NCBI GenBank assembly: GCA_027053075.1
Contig: JALUEE010000047.1
Span: 1-64,000 of the forward strand
Reading direction: 5' to 3'
From: a candidate division WOR-3 bacterium
Lineage (GTDB): Bacteria; Hydrothermota; Hydrothermia; B15-G9; WFZT01
Length of the DNA: 64,000 nucleotides
How positions within the stretch are numbered: position 1 is the stretch's first letter; every line of letters starts with the position of its first letter. Under the pieces are notes generated by a model, which had not been told where the DNA came from, searched no databases, and was given only the letters and a program-made list of their open reading frames with translations. Below, piece by piece: positions 10,390 to 19,583 of this stretch. The position numbers and the translations under genes were made by a program.

Positions 10390-11948
10390 CTATAAGCTTC
10401 GCAACCTCCTTTCAAGGAATATGCTTTAAGTCCGTGCTTTCTCATCTCGTTAACAATTGCCATACTGCGTGCACCCCGGTAACATGCTACAACGTAAATC
10501 CTATCCCTGTCAAGCGTGGGAGGAGCCTGCCCGGACAACTCTGCATCATTGGAAGATATACTCCCTCCACCTATCTCCCCCTGTGCACTTTGTGCGTGGG
10601 GGGAGGTTGGGAGGTGGGTATCTTCCACAGATTTGCTCAACTCTTGAATCATCTCGTAGAGTTTTGCCTCATCAATATGGATAGCACCTGGAATGTGCCA
10701 CTCCTCAAAGTCCTCTTTGTCCCTGATATCAAAAATCACAGCATCCTCCGGTATTTCTTTTAAGTCCAGCTGATAATCAAGCATCTCCAATCCCTCCACT
10801 TTTGTTGGATAAAAACTCCTCCTTTTATTGACAAGTTTGCGCGGAAGTTCGATATCGAGGTTCCTTTCCTGCCGCTCAGTTGCCTCGAGTGTGGCCCTTG
10901 TAACAGGGTGCTTCGGCGTAATCTGGCAGTACTCTTTCATGGAAGAGACAAGTTCATAAACTCCGATTGCTCTTGAGATATCCACAATTTCCTGCTTGTC
11001 AAAGCTCACAAGCGGTCGGATTACAGGCATTTCAATGGCGTATGAAGAAACAACAAGGTTATCAAAAGTCTGCGATGCCACCTGACCAATAGAGTCACCG
11101 GTTGCAACAGCAAGAAATCCTTTTTCTTTTGCCAATTCTTCAGCAGCCCTGAGCATCTGACGCTTCAGAATCAAATTCCGATAGCTCTCCTTCACGTTTT
11201 CCCTGATGTCCATAATCACTGGATAAAAATCCACAATATAAAGCATTGGCTCGTATCCGTGGGCAAATTTATTCCCAATAAACCTCGCAATTTCAAATAT
11301 TTTCTTGAATTGCTCCTCGCCTCCAAAGAGGAATGAAATCAAGTCCACCTCAAGACCGCGCTTCAAAAGCTGGTAAAAGGCCACTGATGAATCAAAGCCA
11401 CCGGAAAAGAGAAGGTGTATCCTGCCCTCGGTCCCCACGGGCAAACCACCTGCTCCCCTGACCTTTTCGACTATGTAAAACACTGTTTGGTCAACAATTT
11501 CCAATTCCACCGTAGTTTCTGGATTTTTAAGGTCCACTCCCGCTGAATATTCGTATAGACGTCCGCCGAGCGCCCTCTCAATGTCCATTGAACGAAAAGG
11601 ATGCGTACCTGTTCTTTTGACCCTGACGGCAAACTTTTTACCCTTAACTTTTTCTTTAAACAACTCTTCGCCGCGCTTTAATATATCATCAAGGTCGTGG
11701 AATTCTTCTTTAATGGCTATCTCTATCTGATTAATCCCAAACACATTTTTAAGGGTTTCGAAGGCCTCTTTAGTTTCTTTTGTTTCGATAACAAACCTTC
11801 CCCTCATGTTTTTTATGGAATAGGCCTTGATACCGGATTTACTGAATGCGCTTTTTACATTCTCAATCAGACGGTTTTCAAAGCGCTTCCTGATTTTTCG
11901 GGTTTTCAGGGTAATTTCACCGGGCTTTGCAATCAACACCTCAGTCAT
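10386..11948 (-). CDS. thiI: tRNA 4-thiouridine(8) synthase with C-terminal rhodanese domain
   Basis: GEITLK, THUMP region, GGLPVG, PP-loop SGGFDS, GQVASQT, rhodanese HIPGA and CYRGARS; start ATG 11948. Confidence 0.93.
   Translation of the reverse strand: MTEVLIAKPGEITLKTRKIRKRFENRLIENVKSAFSKSGIKAYSIKNMRGRFVIETKETKEAFETLKNVFGINQIEIAIKEEFHDLDDILKRGEELFKEKVKGKKFAVRVKRTGTHPFRSMDIERALGGRLYEYSAGVDLKNPETTVELEIVDQTVFYIVEKVRGAGGLPVGTEGRIHLLFSGGFDSSVAFYQLLKRGLEVDLISFLFGGEEQFKKIFEIARFIGNKFAHGYEPMLYIVDFYPVIMDIRENVKESYRNLILKRQMLRAAEELAKEKGFLAVATGDSIGQVASQTFDNLVVSSYAIEMPVIRPLVSFDKQEIVDISRAIGVYELVSSMKEYCQITPKHPVTRATLEATERQERNLDIELPRKLVNKRRSFYPTKVEGLEMLDYQLDLKEIPEDAVIFDIRDKEDFEEWHIPGAIHIDEAKLYEMIQELSKSVEDTHLPTSPHAQSAQGEIGGGSISSNDAELSGQAPPTLDRDRIYVVACYRGARSMAIVNEMRKHGLKAYSLKGGCEAYR
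10550..10627. repeat. Palindromic element inserted in frame in thiI
   Basis: TGGAAGATA...TATCTTCCA outer stem, GCACTTTGTGC core, similar to intergenic 3680-3785. Confidence 0.8.
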
Positions 11949-13032
11949 AGATACCACCTCCATGCATGATCTGTGAGAAAGCAGAGGTTGATTCAAGGAA
12001 AACCTTCTCAAACTCCAGAATGTGTTTAGTCCCCTCACGGTAAATTTTAACAACTCTAACTTTCAAATTCTGGGAAACATTTTTAATGTGGTCGAGAAAC
12101 ATTGCAAGGTGTGCATCGTCGTTAAATCTAAGTCTGTAGGTGTAGGAAATTCTTCCCTTTTCCTTAAATTTCCTTATGCCGCGCATGAATCCTTCAATAA
12201 AGGCTCTTCCAACTCTTTTAAAGAATTCTTCATCAGGCTCTATGCCAAATTCATCGAGGGCAAAGCCTATGCGGGCTATCCGGGAAGTGTAGAAATTCCC
12301 CGGCATCTCCAAGATTAACCATGAATCTGCGTCAATGTCAGAAACATTTATGTTGATGGTTGTGTATTTCACAACCTTCTCGGGACTTTTCATAATGATA
12401 CCCTCGATTCCTTCATCGTTTAGCTTTTGAACAATCTCACGGATAGCCTCTGCCTGAGATGGTGAGAAACGCCCGAATCTCCTTACCTGCGGGATGTTGT
12501 ATTTTTCAAGGAGTTCATAGCGAGTTTCAGGTGGGAGCGGTTTTCTTTCTCCAACCTTAAACACATCGAAGGCAAAAAATTGGACATCCTCCTTGATATA
12601 TGGGGGGTAAACCTCAATATAAGGGTTCTCAGGCCCTGCTATTTCACCGGCAATGACAAGGTCTGGATTGTCATTAAAGAATTTCTCAAAATCTGCGAAG
12701 TCACGGAGGCGGTCTGTTGAAAATGGACAGACGAATCCACCGCGCGTAATAGCCACTATATGGCCTTTTAGCTTTGCAATGCGAACATTATATCCATCCA
12801 CCTTTTCCTCGACGAAAAATGGCTTTTTGAAATGAGCTTTAATCCCCTCACGAAGTCTCATTATCCTCATAATTGAAGGGTAACTAAATATGACTTTTTC
12901 TCCAGATATCATCGTTCCACGCTTATATTTGCCCATGTCATCAGAGATGCGGTAATAGTGAAGATCGAAGTAATCACCCTCATCTAATACACCTTTATCA
13001 AGCGCTCTTTTTAGAATTTCAGATATTGCCAT
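11941..13032 (-). CDS. ATP-dependent RNA ligase, Rnl3 (Pab1020-like)
   Basis: EEKVDGYNVR (motif I), TRGGFVCPFSTDR, GEIAGPENPY, EGIIMK, VKY. Confidence 0.9.
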   Translation of the reverse strand: MAISEILKRALDKGVLDEGDYFDLHYYRISDDMGKYKRGTMISGEKVIFSYPSIMRIMRLREGIKAHFKKPFFVEEKVDGYNVRIAKLKGHIVAITRGGFVCPFSTDRLRDFADFEKFFNDNPDLVIAGEIAGPENPYIEVYPPYIKEDVQFFAFDVFKVGERKPLPPETRYELLEKYNIPQVRRFGRFSPSQAEAIREIVQKLNDEGIEGIIMKSPEKVVKYTTININVSDIDADSWLILEMPGNFYTSRIARIGFALDEFGIEPDEEFFKRVGRAFIEGFMRGIRKFKEKGRISYTYRLRFNDDAHLAMFLDHIKNVSQNLKVRVVKIYREGTKHILEFEKVFLESTSAFSQIMHGGGIYD

Positions 13033-13319
13033 ACTTACATTATACTGTCAAACCCCAAGCTTTTGAATTGGAGAGGGTACAAAAACGTTATCTTCTCCCT
13101 CATATCCTTGGCCACCCAATACATATGGAAAAGTCCGAAAAGAAAATTGCTTTTAACAACTGGATTCCTTACGAGAAACTCACTCTTTCAAGAGCTCACT
13201 TAAAAATCCACTCAATTCATCCTCAGGTAAAACTCACAAGGGATCCTTAAATTCTCGCGCAGATTTCTGATTCAGCAAACCGCTTTTAGTATAAATCTCT
13301 GTTGAGCTAATCTGATGAG

Positions 13320-13348
13320 TTGACAATGTTTTTTGTTTTTGTTAATAT
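13320..13348 (+). promoter_or_regulatory. Sigma-70 promoter of tRNA-Pro
   Basis: TTGACA-17 bp-TAATAT. Confidence 0.65.
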
Positions 13349-13364
13349 TTCCCCACGACAAAGT

Positions 13365-13439
13365 CGGGGCGTAGCGCAGCCCGGTTAGCGCGCCTGCCTT
13401 GGGAGCAGGAAGTCGGTGGTTCAAATCCACTCGCCCCGA
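13365..13439 (+). tRNA. tRNA-Pro (TGG)
   Basis: Cloverleaf CGGGGCG/CGCCCCG, anticodon loop CTTGGGA, GGTTCAAATCC; CCA not encoded. Confidence 0.97.
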
Positions 13440-13468
13440 CTTTAAAAACTGCTAAACGGAGGGGTTTG

Positions 13469-13909
13469 ATGAACATTCTAACTTCCAGTGTGGCAGTTGA
13501 CCTTTTCAAAGACCTTCTTTCCCAGCTTTCAAAAAAGATTCTTCAGGCAAAAGACGTTCTCGATAAAATAAAATCCGACCCCCAACTTGAGCTGGAATTA
13601 AAAAAGCTTGCACAGAAACAACTTGAACTGGAAATAGAACGAGAGAAAATTGCTCAGCAAGATAGGGCAAGTGCACGTGAACTTGCAAAAGTTGACGTAA
13701 TGTCTGATAACTTTCTCTCAAAAAACATCCGCCCCATCACCCTCCTCGTCATCCTCATGATTCTTGTGATCTACGCGATAACAGGCCGAGAGCTACCTAC
13801 CGAGATGAAAGGCCTTTTTGAGCTCGTTTTCCTCTTTTATTTTGGCGGAAGGTCTATTGAGAAGGTAGCTGCAATGATGGCAAAAGGGAAAATGATGCCC
13901 AAAGGTTAG
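13469..13909 (+). CDS. 3TM-holin-like protein
   Basis: DRASAR, SDNFLSKNIRP, FYFGGRSIEK motifs typical of GTA/phage 3TM holins; GGAGG RBS. Confidence 0.7.
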   Translation: MNILTSSVAVDLFKDLLSQLSKKILQAKDVLDKIKSDPQLELELKKLAQKQLELEIEREKIAQQDRASARELAKVDVMSDNFLSKNIRPITLLVILMILVIYAITGRELPTEMKGLFELVFLFYFGGRSIEKVAAMMAKGKMMPKG

Positions 13910-14889
13910 ACCACTCTTGCACGCATAAGGTCGTGCAGGTGGATAATACCTATGGGATGGCGCTTCTCATCTACAACGATGAGAGCTGTGACACCGTACT
14001 GCTCCATTAATCTCGCTGCTTTCGTAGCGAGTTCATTTTTGGTAATAACCTTTGGATTCCTGGTCATCACATCTCTGGCATGAAGCTTAAAAATGTCCTT
14101 TTTGTTGGTAAGCTCCTTTTCAAGAAGCCTTCGAAGGTCTCCATCAGTAAACACCCCGACCACACGTCCCTCATCATCAACCACACTCGTAATTCCACGC
14201 TTTGAAGTCATCTCGAGGATAACCTCTTCCATTGTAGCATCTTCTTTCACGATCGGAACGTGTTTCTCACCAGTAAGCATCATATCCTCAACACGCACCC
14301 AGAATTTTTTCCCAATGGCACCTCCTGGATGAAGTTCGGCAAAGTCATCAAGCTTAAAGTCCTTCTTGTAGGCAAGAGCAATGGCCAGTGCATCACCAAT
14401 GGCCATCGTAAGGGTTGTTGAAACTGTCGGTGCAATATCGTAGGGACACGCCTCTTTAACATTGGGCAAAACAATTAGTACATCAGCATGTTTCGCAAGC
14501 TCGGAATTTCTGTTCGCAGTTATAGCGATAATCGGAATATCCCACCTCTTGAAAAGCGGAATAAGTGTATAAAATTCATCGGAGTTTCCACTTTTGGAAA
14601 TGGCAAGAATCACGTCATCCTTGCTCACAATTCCAAGGTCTCCGTGAAGGGACTCAGTGGGGTGGAGAAATATCGCAGGTGTTCCAAGGCTTGTCATTGT
14701 AGCTGCAATCTTTTTCCCCACTATTCCAGACTTTCCGATACCTGTCACAATTACTCTGCCTTGCCTCTTCAAAATAAGCTCAACGGCTCTTACAAACTCA
14801 TCCCCAATGGTCTTTTCAAGTCTTATAAGACCAAGTTTTTCTCTCCTTATAACTTCTCTTGCTATTTCTAAAATCTCTTCGCTATCCAT
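13906..14889 (-). CDS. kdsD: Arabinose-5-phosphate isomerase (KpsF/GutQ, SIS plus 2 CBS)
   Basis: GIGKSG, HGDLG, APTVST, HPGG, TDGDLRR. Confidence 0.93.
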   Translation of the reverse strand: MDSEEILEIAREVIRREKLGLIRLEKTIGDEFVRAVELILKRQGRVIVTGIGKSGIVGKKIAATMTSLGTPAIFLHPTESLHGDLGIVSKDDVILAISKSGNSDEFYTLIPLFKRWDIPIIAITANRNSELAKHADVLIVLPNVKEACPYDIAPTVSTTLTMAIGDALAIALAYKKDFKLDDFAELHPGGAIGKKFWVRVEDMMLTGEKHVPIVKEDATMEEVILEMTSKRGITSVVDDEGRVVGVFTDGDLRRLLEKELTNKKDIFKLHARDVMTRNPKVITKNELATKAARLMEQYGVTALIVVDEKRHPIGIIHLHDLMRARVV

Positions 14890-15433
14890 TTAGCTTTATC
14901 ACCTTCAGTTTCTCATAAATTGGACCTTCAGGGGTAAGGGTGGATTTAAAAAGAATGAGCTCGTTTACGGTAAATGGAGGAATATTAAGCTCAGTTTTGA
15001 AATCAGTAGGCCTGAAACGTCTTTTTGAATGCTTTCTTGCCCTTGCAACAGTGAGGTGTGGCACAAACGGCCTCCTATCACGGGGGAATCCGAGTTTTGC
15101 TGTAAGATTCTCCACCTTTTTGGCAAGCTTCTCTATTTCACGATTTCCCCTGTCTATTCCTATCCAAAGAACTCTCACACTTCCATGATCAAGGAAACTT
15201 CCAAGCCCACCCAACTTTACCTCAATCTTTTTTTCTTTCTTTAATGATTCCAGTTCACGGGCAAGTTTTTCTACTTGATTCTCGGGTATTTCTCCTAAAA
15301 ATTTGAGCGTAAGGTGTAGATTATCCCTCGTAACCCACTTCAACTCGGGTTTCTCCTGCATTTCCTTTTTCAGGTCTGAATAAATACGAGATTTAACCTC
15401 TGGCGGGAATTCAAGAGCTATAAAACAACGCAT
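14882..15433 (-). CDS. thpR: RNA 2',3'-cyclic phosphodiesterase (2H family)
   Basis: Two HxT motifs (HLTLKFLG, PHLTVAR), STLTPEGPIY. Confidence 0.92.
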   Translation of the reverse strand: MRCFIALEFPPEVKSRIYSDLKKEMQEKPELKWVTRDNLHLTLKFLGEIPENQVEKLARELESLKKEKKIEVKLGGLGSFLDHGSVRVLWIGIDRGNREIEKLAKKVENLTAKLGFPRDRRPFVPHLTVARARKHSKRRFRPTDFKTELNIPPFTVNELILFKSTLTPEGPIYEKLKVIKLNG

Positions 15434-15535
15434 GGTTGAAAATTTTAAAGTTTTAGCGCCTTTTATGCAAAATCAGTTGACATACCTGACTAAATTAGTT
15501 AATTATTATTCCCAAAATCCCCAAGGAGGTAGGAA

Positions 15536-16495
15536 ATGGAACTGATTTTTGGAATGCCAACTGAGGAGCAGACTTCTGGCAAAAAAGACTTTGATATAAT
15601 AATAGTTGGAGGTGGACCTGGTGGTTTATCCGCAGCAATTTATGCATCTCGCGCAGGGCTTGACGTTCTTGTACTGGAAAAGGACGTTGCCGGTGGACTC
15701 GTGGGTGAGGACCCACTTGTGGAGAATTATCTTGGATTCCCAAGTATAAAGGGAGAGGACCTTGCAGCAAAATTCAAAGAGCACGCCTCACAGTATGCAG
15801 AAATTCACGAAGGCGAGGGTGTGGATGAGGTAAAAAGAGACGGTGAAAAATTTGTCGTCAAGACTTTCAAAGGAGAATACACTGCTGATGCTCTTATAAT
15901 CGCCACAGGAACCACTCATAAACATCTGAACATTCCGGGAGAAAAAGAGTATGATGGACGTGGGGTATCCTACTGTGTTACATGTGATGGATTTCTTTAT
16001 AAAGGAAAGCCTGTCGCTGTAATTGGCGGTGGTAATTCAGGAGCCATTGCTGCCATCACATTAAAAGAGATTACACCCAAAGTAACAGTGATCGAGTTTA
16101 TGCCCAAATGGATGTGTGAGAAGGCGTATCAGAAAAAAATTCAGGAACTCGGTATAGATTACTGGATGAATTCTCAGGTTGTGGAAATTTTTGGGGACGG
16201 AAAGAAGGTTAAAGGTGTCAAGGTGAAGGATCGTGCTACAGGCGAAATAAAGGAGCTCCAGGTTGATGGAGTATTTATCTATGTGGGACTCATCCCTCAA
16301 AATGAAGTTGCGAAACAGCTTGGAGTGGAGCTGGATGAGAGGGGGTACATAAAAGTTGACAAAAATCAGAGAACAAGTGTTCCAAAGGTTTATGCCGCCG
16401 GAGATATCACAGGTGGTCAGGCGCAGATAATTGTGGCTGCAGGTCAGGGAGCAGTTGCAGCCCTATCAGCATATGAAGATTTGAGACTTAAGTAA
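15536..16495 (+). CDS. trxB: Thioredoxin-disulfide reductase, Thermoplasma-type
   Basis: GGGPGG FAD motif, SYCVTCDG, GGGNSG, TSVPKVYAAGD. Confidence 0.9.
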   Translation: MELIFGMPTEEQTSGKKDFDIIIVGGGPGGLSAAIYASRAGLDVLVLEKDVAGGLVGEDPLVENYLGFPSIKGEDLAAKFKEHASQYAEIHEGEGVDEVKRDGEKFVVKTFKGEYTADALIIATGTTHKHLNIPGEKEYDGRGVSYCVTCDGFLYKGKPVAVIGGGNSGAIAAITLKEITPKVTVIEFMPKWMCEKAYQKKIQELGIDYWMNSQVVEIFGDGKKVKGVKVKDRATGEIKELQVDGVFIYVGLIPQNEVAKQLGVELDERGYIKVDKNQRTSVPKVYAAGDITGGQAQIIVAAGQGAVAALSAYEDLRLK

Positions 16496-16502
16496 TTAAA
16501 AT

Positions 16503-16535
16503 TTGGGGCTCCCGCGCTCCGCGCGGGAGCCCCAA
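16503..16535. terminator. Palindrome between convergent genes, likely bidirectional terminator
   Basis: TTGGGGCTCCCGCGC-TCC-GCGCGGGAGCCCCAA perfect stem. Confidence 0.7.
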
Positions 16536-16544
16536 TAAAAATTT

Positions 16545-17276
16545 TCAGCTCCTCCTTCTCTTCTCCATCTTGAGCTTCCTGATATCCGCTCTCGATAACT
16601 TAACCATTTCACCTGGTTTTAAATTTGGTGGAAGTATGTAATTTCCAATGCGAATTCTCTTTAATTTTTTCACCTCGAATCCCAGTTTCTTGAAAATTCT
16701 TCTGATTTCGCGCTTCTTACCTTCCCTCAGTACGATTTTGAAGACTCCACTCGTTCCTGTGGAGTGAAGAAGTTGAACCTTGTGGGGTTTCAAAAAAGCA
16801 TGATCCACATAAACTCCCTTACTCAAACGTTTGATAACGTCACGATTTATCTTTCCCCCTTCCACACTCACAATATACTCCTTCTCTATCTGATACCTCG
16901 GGTGTGTAAGAATGTTCGCCAGTTTTCCATTATTTGTAAGAATCATCAAACCTTCTGAATCCCGGTCAAGTCTCCCAACCGGGAATACCCTTTTGCTGAT
17001 ATCTTTCACATAGTCGGCTATGGTTTTCTCAGCATGCTTATCATACAAGGTGCTTGAAACACCCGCAGGCTTATAAAAGGCAAAAGTTGTGTCGCTATGG
17101 TCCTCAAGTTTTATCTGCTTTTTACCAATATAGACAGTGTCCCTTTCAGGGTCTACCTCAAACCAGGGCTCTCGAACAACCTTTCCGTTTACCCTGACAC
17201 GTCCATCTATAATAGCCCTGTCACAGAATCTCCTGGAGCCGACTCCTGCCTTTTGTAGAAAAGTTCTAAGCTTCAT
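16545..17276 (-). CDS. rRNA pseudouridine synthase (RluB/RsuA family)
   Basis: S4 domain, VGRLDRDSEGL, EGKKREIRR. Confidence 0.92.
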   Translation of the reverse strand: MKLRTFLQKAGVGSRRFCDRAIIDGRVRVNGKVVREPWFEVDPERDTVYIGKKQIKLEDHSDTTFAFYKPAGVSSTLYDKHAEKTIADYVKDISKRVFPVGRLDRDSEGLMILTNNGKLANILTHPRYQIEKEYIVSVEGGKINRDVIKRLSKGVYVDHAFLKPHKVQLLHSTGTSGVFKIVLREGKKREIRRIFKKLGFEVKKLKRIRIGNYILPPNLKPGEMVKLSRADIRKLKMEKRRRS

Positions 17277-17333
17277 AGGCGTAAAGTATAACCTCATTCC
17301 GGGGATTTTTCCGTTGGCTTCGTGGGGAGAAAG

Positions 17334-17405
17334 TGGACCCGGTGGGACTTGAACCCACGACCTGGTGACTGCCAGTCACCCGCGCTCCCACTGCGCCACG
17401 GGCCC
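17334..17405 (-). tRNA. tRNA-Ala (GGC)
   Basis: Cloverleaf with G3:U70, anticodon loop CTGGCAG. Confidence 0.95.
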
Positions 17406-17411
17406 ACGAAA

Positions 17412-17484
17412 TGGGCCGTGCAGGACTCGAACCTGCGACCCCCTGATTAAAAATCAGGTGCTCTACCACCTGAGCTAACGGCCC
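17412..17484 (-). tRNA. tRNA-Lys (TTT)
   Basis: Cloverleaf, CCTGA-TTTTTAA-TCAGG anticodon arm. Confidence 0.95.
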
Positions 17485-17495
17485 TGCAGGTGCAT

Positions 17496-17524
17496 ATTCT
17501 AATGTCTCACCTACCTCTTTTCAA
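17496..17524 (-). promoter_or_regulatory. Sigma-70 promoter of tRNA-Lys/tRNA-Ala
   Basis: TTGAAA-17 bp-TAGAAT. Confidence 0.65.
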
Positions 17525-17533
17525 TAGATTGGG

Positions 17534-17947
17534 GAACGTGTTCGAAAAATTTCAATTTATCCGAAATTTTAAGAGGAATTCCCCCCACCTCTATCCTCTC
17601 CCCACACACGAAGTGCGTGGGGAGAGGATAGGAGAGAGGAAGCATTTTCAAACTTTTTCATAGACTAAAAGTGGAGAAAGTAACACCCCCCTTGATAAAT
17701 AATTTTCTGCTCTATTCTTTTCCGAAACTTTTACACAAGGTGGCCTGCTCATGCATGGATGATTCTTTCACTTGGAAGTCACCGATTTGTCGCATTTTAT
17801 GCTATAAAGACACCTATGTAATAGAACTTCTTTAGAATACAGGCGTGTTGGAATTGTTTGTGAGGCCCGCGCACGAAGTGCGCGGGCCTCACAAATTAAG
17901 AAATTTCCCCTTAAAATCAACCAATTTGAAATTTTTCAACCAGGCTC
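17534..17947. mobile_element. Degenerate MITE-like element
   Basis: Ends GAACGTGTTCGAAAAAT / ATTTTTCAACCAGGCTC resemble the TIRs of 30351-30646; two internal GAA-loop hairpins; no TSD seen. Confidence 0.5.
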
Positions 17948-18016
17948 TCAAAATATTGACAGTTGGTCATAATATGGTCTAAGATGAGGTTTGTTTAACC
18001 AAAAAGGAGGTCTGTC

Positions 18017-19057
18017 ATGGAGGATAAAAAAATAACAAGAAGGGAGTTCCTCAAAAAAGGAGCAGTCATAGGAGGGACCGCGGTTGTGGGGTCAACCTTT
18101 AGCTTCGGTATCCTTTCTGCAAAAAGTCCTAAAATCACACTGACCTTCTCAACCATGTTCCCTACCTCATACTTCTGGACTCCTGTGGCACAGAAATGGA
18201 CAAAGTATGTTGAAGAGAAATCCAACGGTGAGGTTAAATTTAATTTCTTCCACAGTGGCCAGCTCTTTAAGGCAAAGGCCGAGCTCCCGGCGCTTCAGAG
18301 GGGCGAGATTGATGTCTCGATTCCAAATGCAAACTACCAGTCAGGAACAATTCCTGGCTCTGATGTGGGAGCACTACCATTCCTCCTGAGAGACGAAGAC
18401 GATGCATGGCATGTTATTCAGGAAGGGCTCTGGGATATAGGTCTGAAGCAGAAATGGCTTGAAAAGGGCATCAGAGTTCTCGCCGAGACACCGGGTGGAA
18501 TGTACCAGTTTGGTAATCTCCGCCATGAGATTAAGGGTCCAGACGATGTAAAAGGTCTCATCTGGGCAGTCTCAAGTAAGGCCCACGCCAAGGCAATTGA
18601 AGTCCTCGGTGGTTCACCCACCTTCATGTCCTCTGGAAGACTTTACACCGCATTCCAGAGAAAAACCATTGATGGATGCCTGAGACCTTACCTTACGTAC
18701 ACCGGTAGAAAACTATACGAAGTTATGAAGTACCTCACCGTGGCAAACGTTGGAAACTACACCATCCTTCTTGCCTTCAACAACAAGAGATTTAAATCCC
18801 TGCCAAAAGATATACAGAACCTGCTCCAGTCATCGGCCCACAAGTGGGCAGAATGGTCATTTGCAGGCGTCAAAGACACAAAGGCAAAGGCTCTGAAGAT
18901 ATTCAAAGAGCACGGAATGAAAGTTCATATCCTCGACGACGCCGCGTTCAATGAGTTCAAGAGCAGACTGACCTCAGTGTATGACTGGTGGATCAAGCAG
19001 GTTCCAGACGGAAAGAAATACATCGACTTCATAGAGGCACATCACCTGAAAAGATAA
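18017..19057 (+). CDS. dctP: TRAP transporter solute-binding protein with Tat signal
   Basis: TRREFLK twin-arginine signal, LQRGEID, LYTAFQRKTIDG. Confidence 0.9.
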   Translation: MEDKKITRREFLKKGAVIGGTAVVGSTFSFGILSAKSPKITLTFSTMFPTSYFWTPVAQKWTKYVEEKSNGEVKFNFFHSGQLFKAKAELPALQRGEIDVSIPNANYQSGTIPGSDVGALPFLLRDEDDAWHVIQEGLWDIGLKQKWLEKGIRVLAETPGGMYQFGNLRHEIKGPDDVKGLIWAVSSKAHAKAIEVLGGSPTFMSSGRLYTAFQRKTIDGCLRPYLTYTGRKLYEVMKYLTVANVGNYTILLAFNNKRFKSLPKDIQNLLQSSAHKWAEWSFAGVKDTKAKALKIFKEHGMKVHILDDAAFNEFKSRLTSVYDWWIKQVPDGKKYIDFIEAHHLKR

Positions 19058-19094
19058 AGCAGTAAGCGGATTATAGCTTAGAACCTGTGTCACT

Positions 19095-19583
19095 ATGAAA
19101 AAGATAGTGAGGATTATTGACCAGATTAACGAGTACATGGGGATTATTACGGGACTCACTATTTTTATTCTCCTTGTACTCGCAACGTGGGGGGTCTTCT
19201 CAAGGTACGTCTTGAGAAGACCCAGCCATATCGCTCTCGAGATCAGCGGATATCTCATGGTTGCTATTACCTTCTTTGGCTCGGGCTACATCCTTCTAAA
19301 AAGTAAACACGTGAACGTACAGGTTCTCACATCCAGAATCAGAGGGAAATTTAAAAAAATCCATGATTTATCAGTTAACATTCTCTTGTTCTTGTTTGTC
19401 CTGCTCGTTATTTACGAAGGTTTTGGTTTCACTATTCTTGCTTACAAAGAACACTACCGTTCAACAAGCCTGCTTAATTTCCCCATGTGGATTGTCTATC
19501 TCTCCATTCCAATCGGAATGATATTTCTTCTATTACAGATCATCAGGAACATAATTGTGCTCCTTTCAGGAGAAGAATCATGA
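19095..19583 (+). CDS. dctQ: TRAP transporter small permease
   Basis: 4 TM, VFSRYVL, HVNV, IPIG. Confidence 0.88.
   Translation: MKKIVRIIDQINEYMGIITGLTIFILLVLATWGVFSRYVLRRPSHIALEISGYLMVAITFFGSGYILLKSKHVNVQVLTSRIRGKFKKIHDLSVNILLFLFVLLVIYEGFGFTILAYKEHYRSTSLLNFPMWIVYLSIPIGMIFLLLQIIRNIIVLLSGEES

Noticed and set aside
17266..17469. 67-aa ORF
   Set aside because: It overlaps tRNA-Ala and tRNA-Lys
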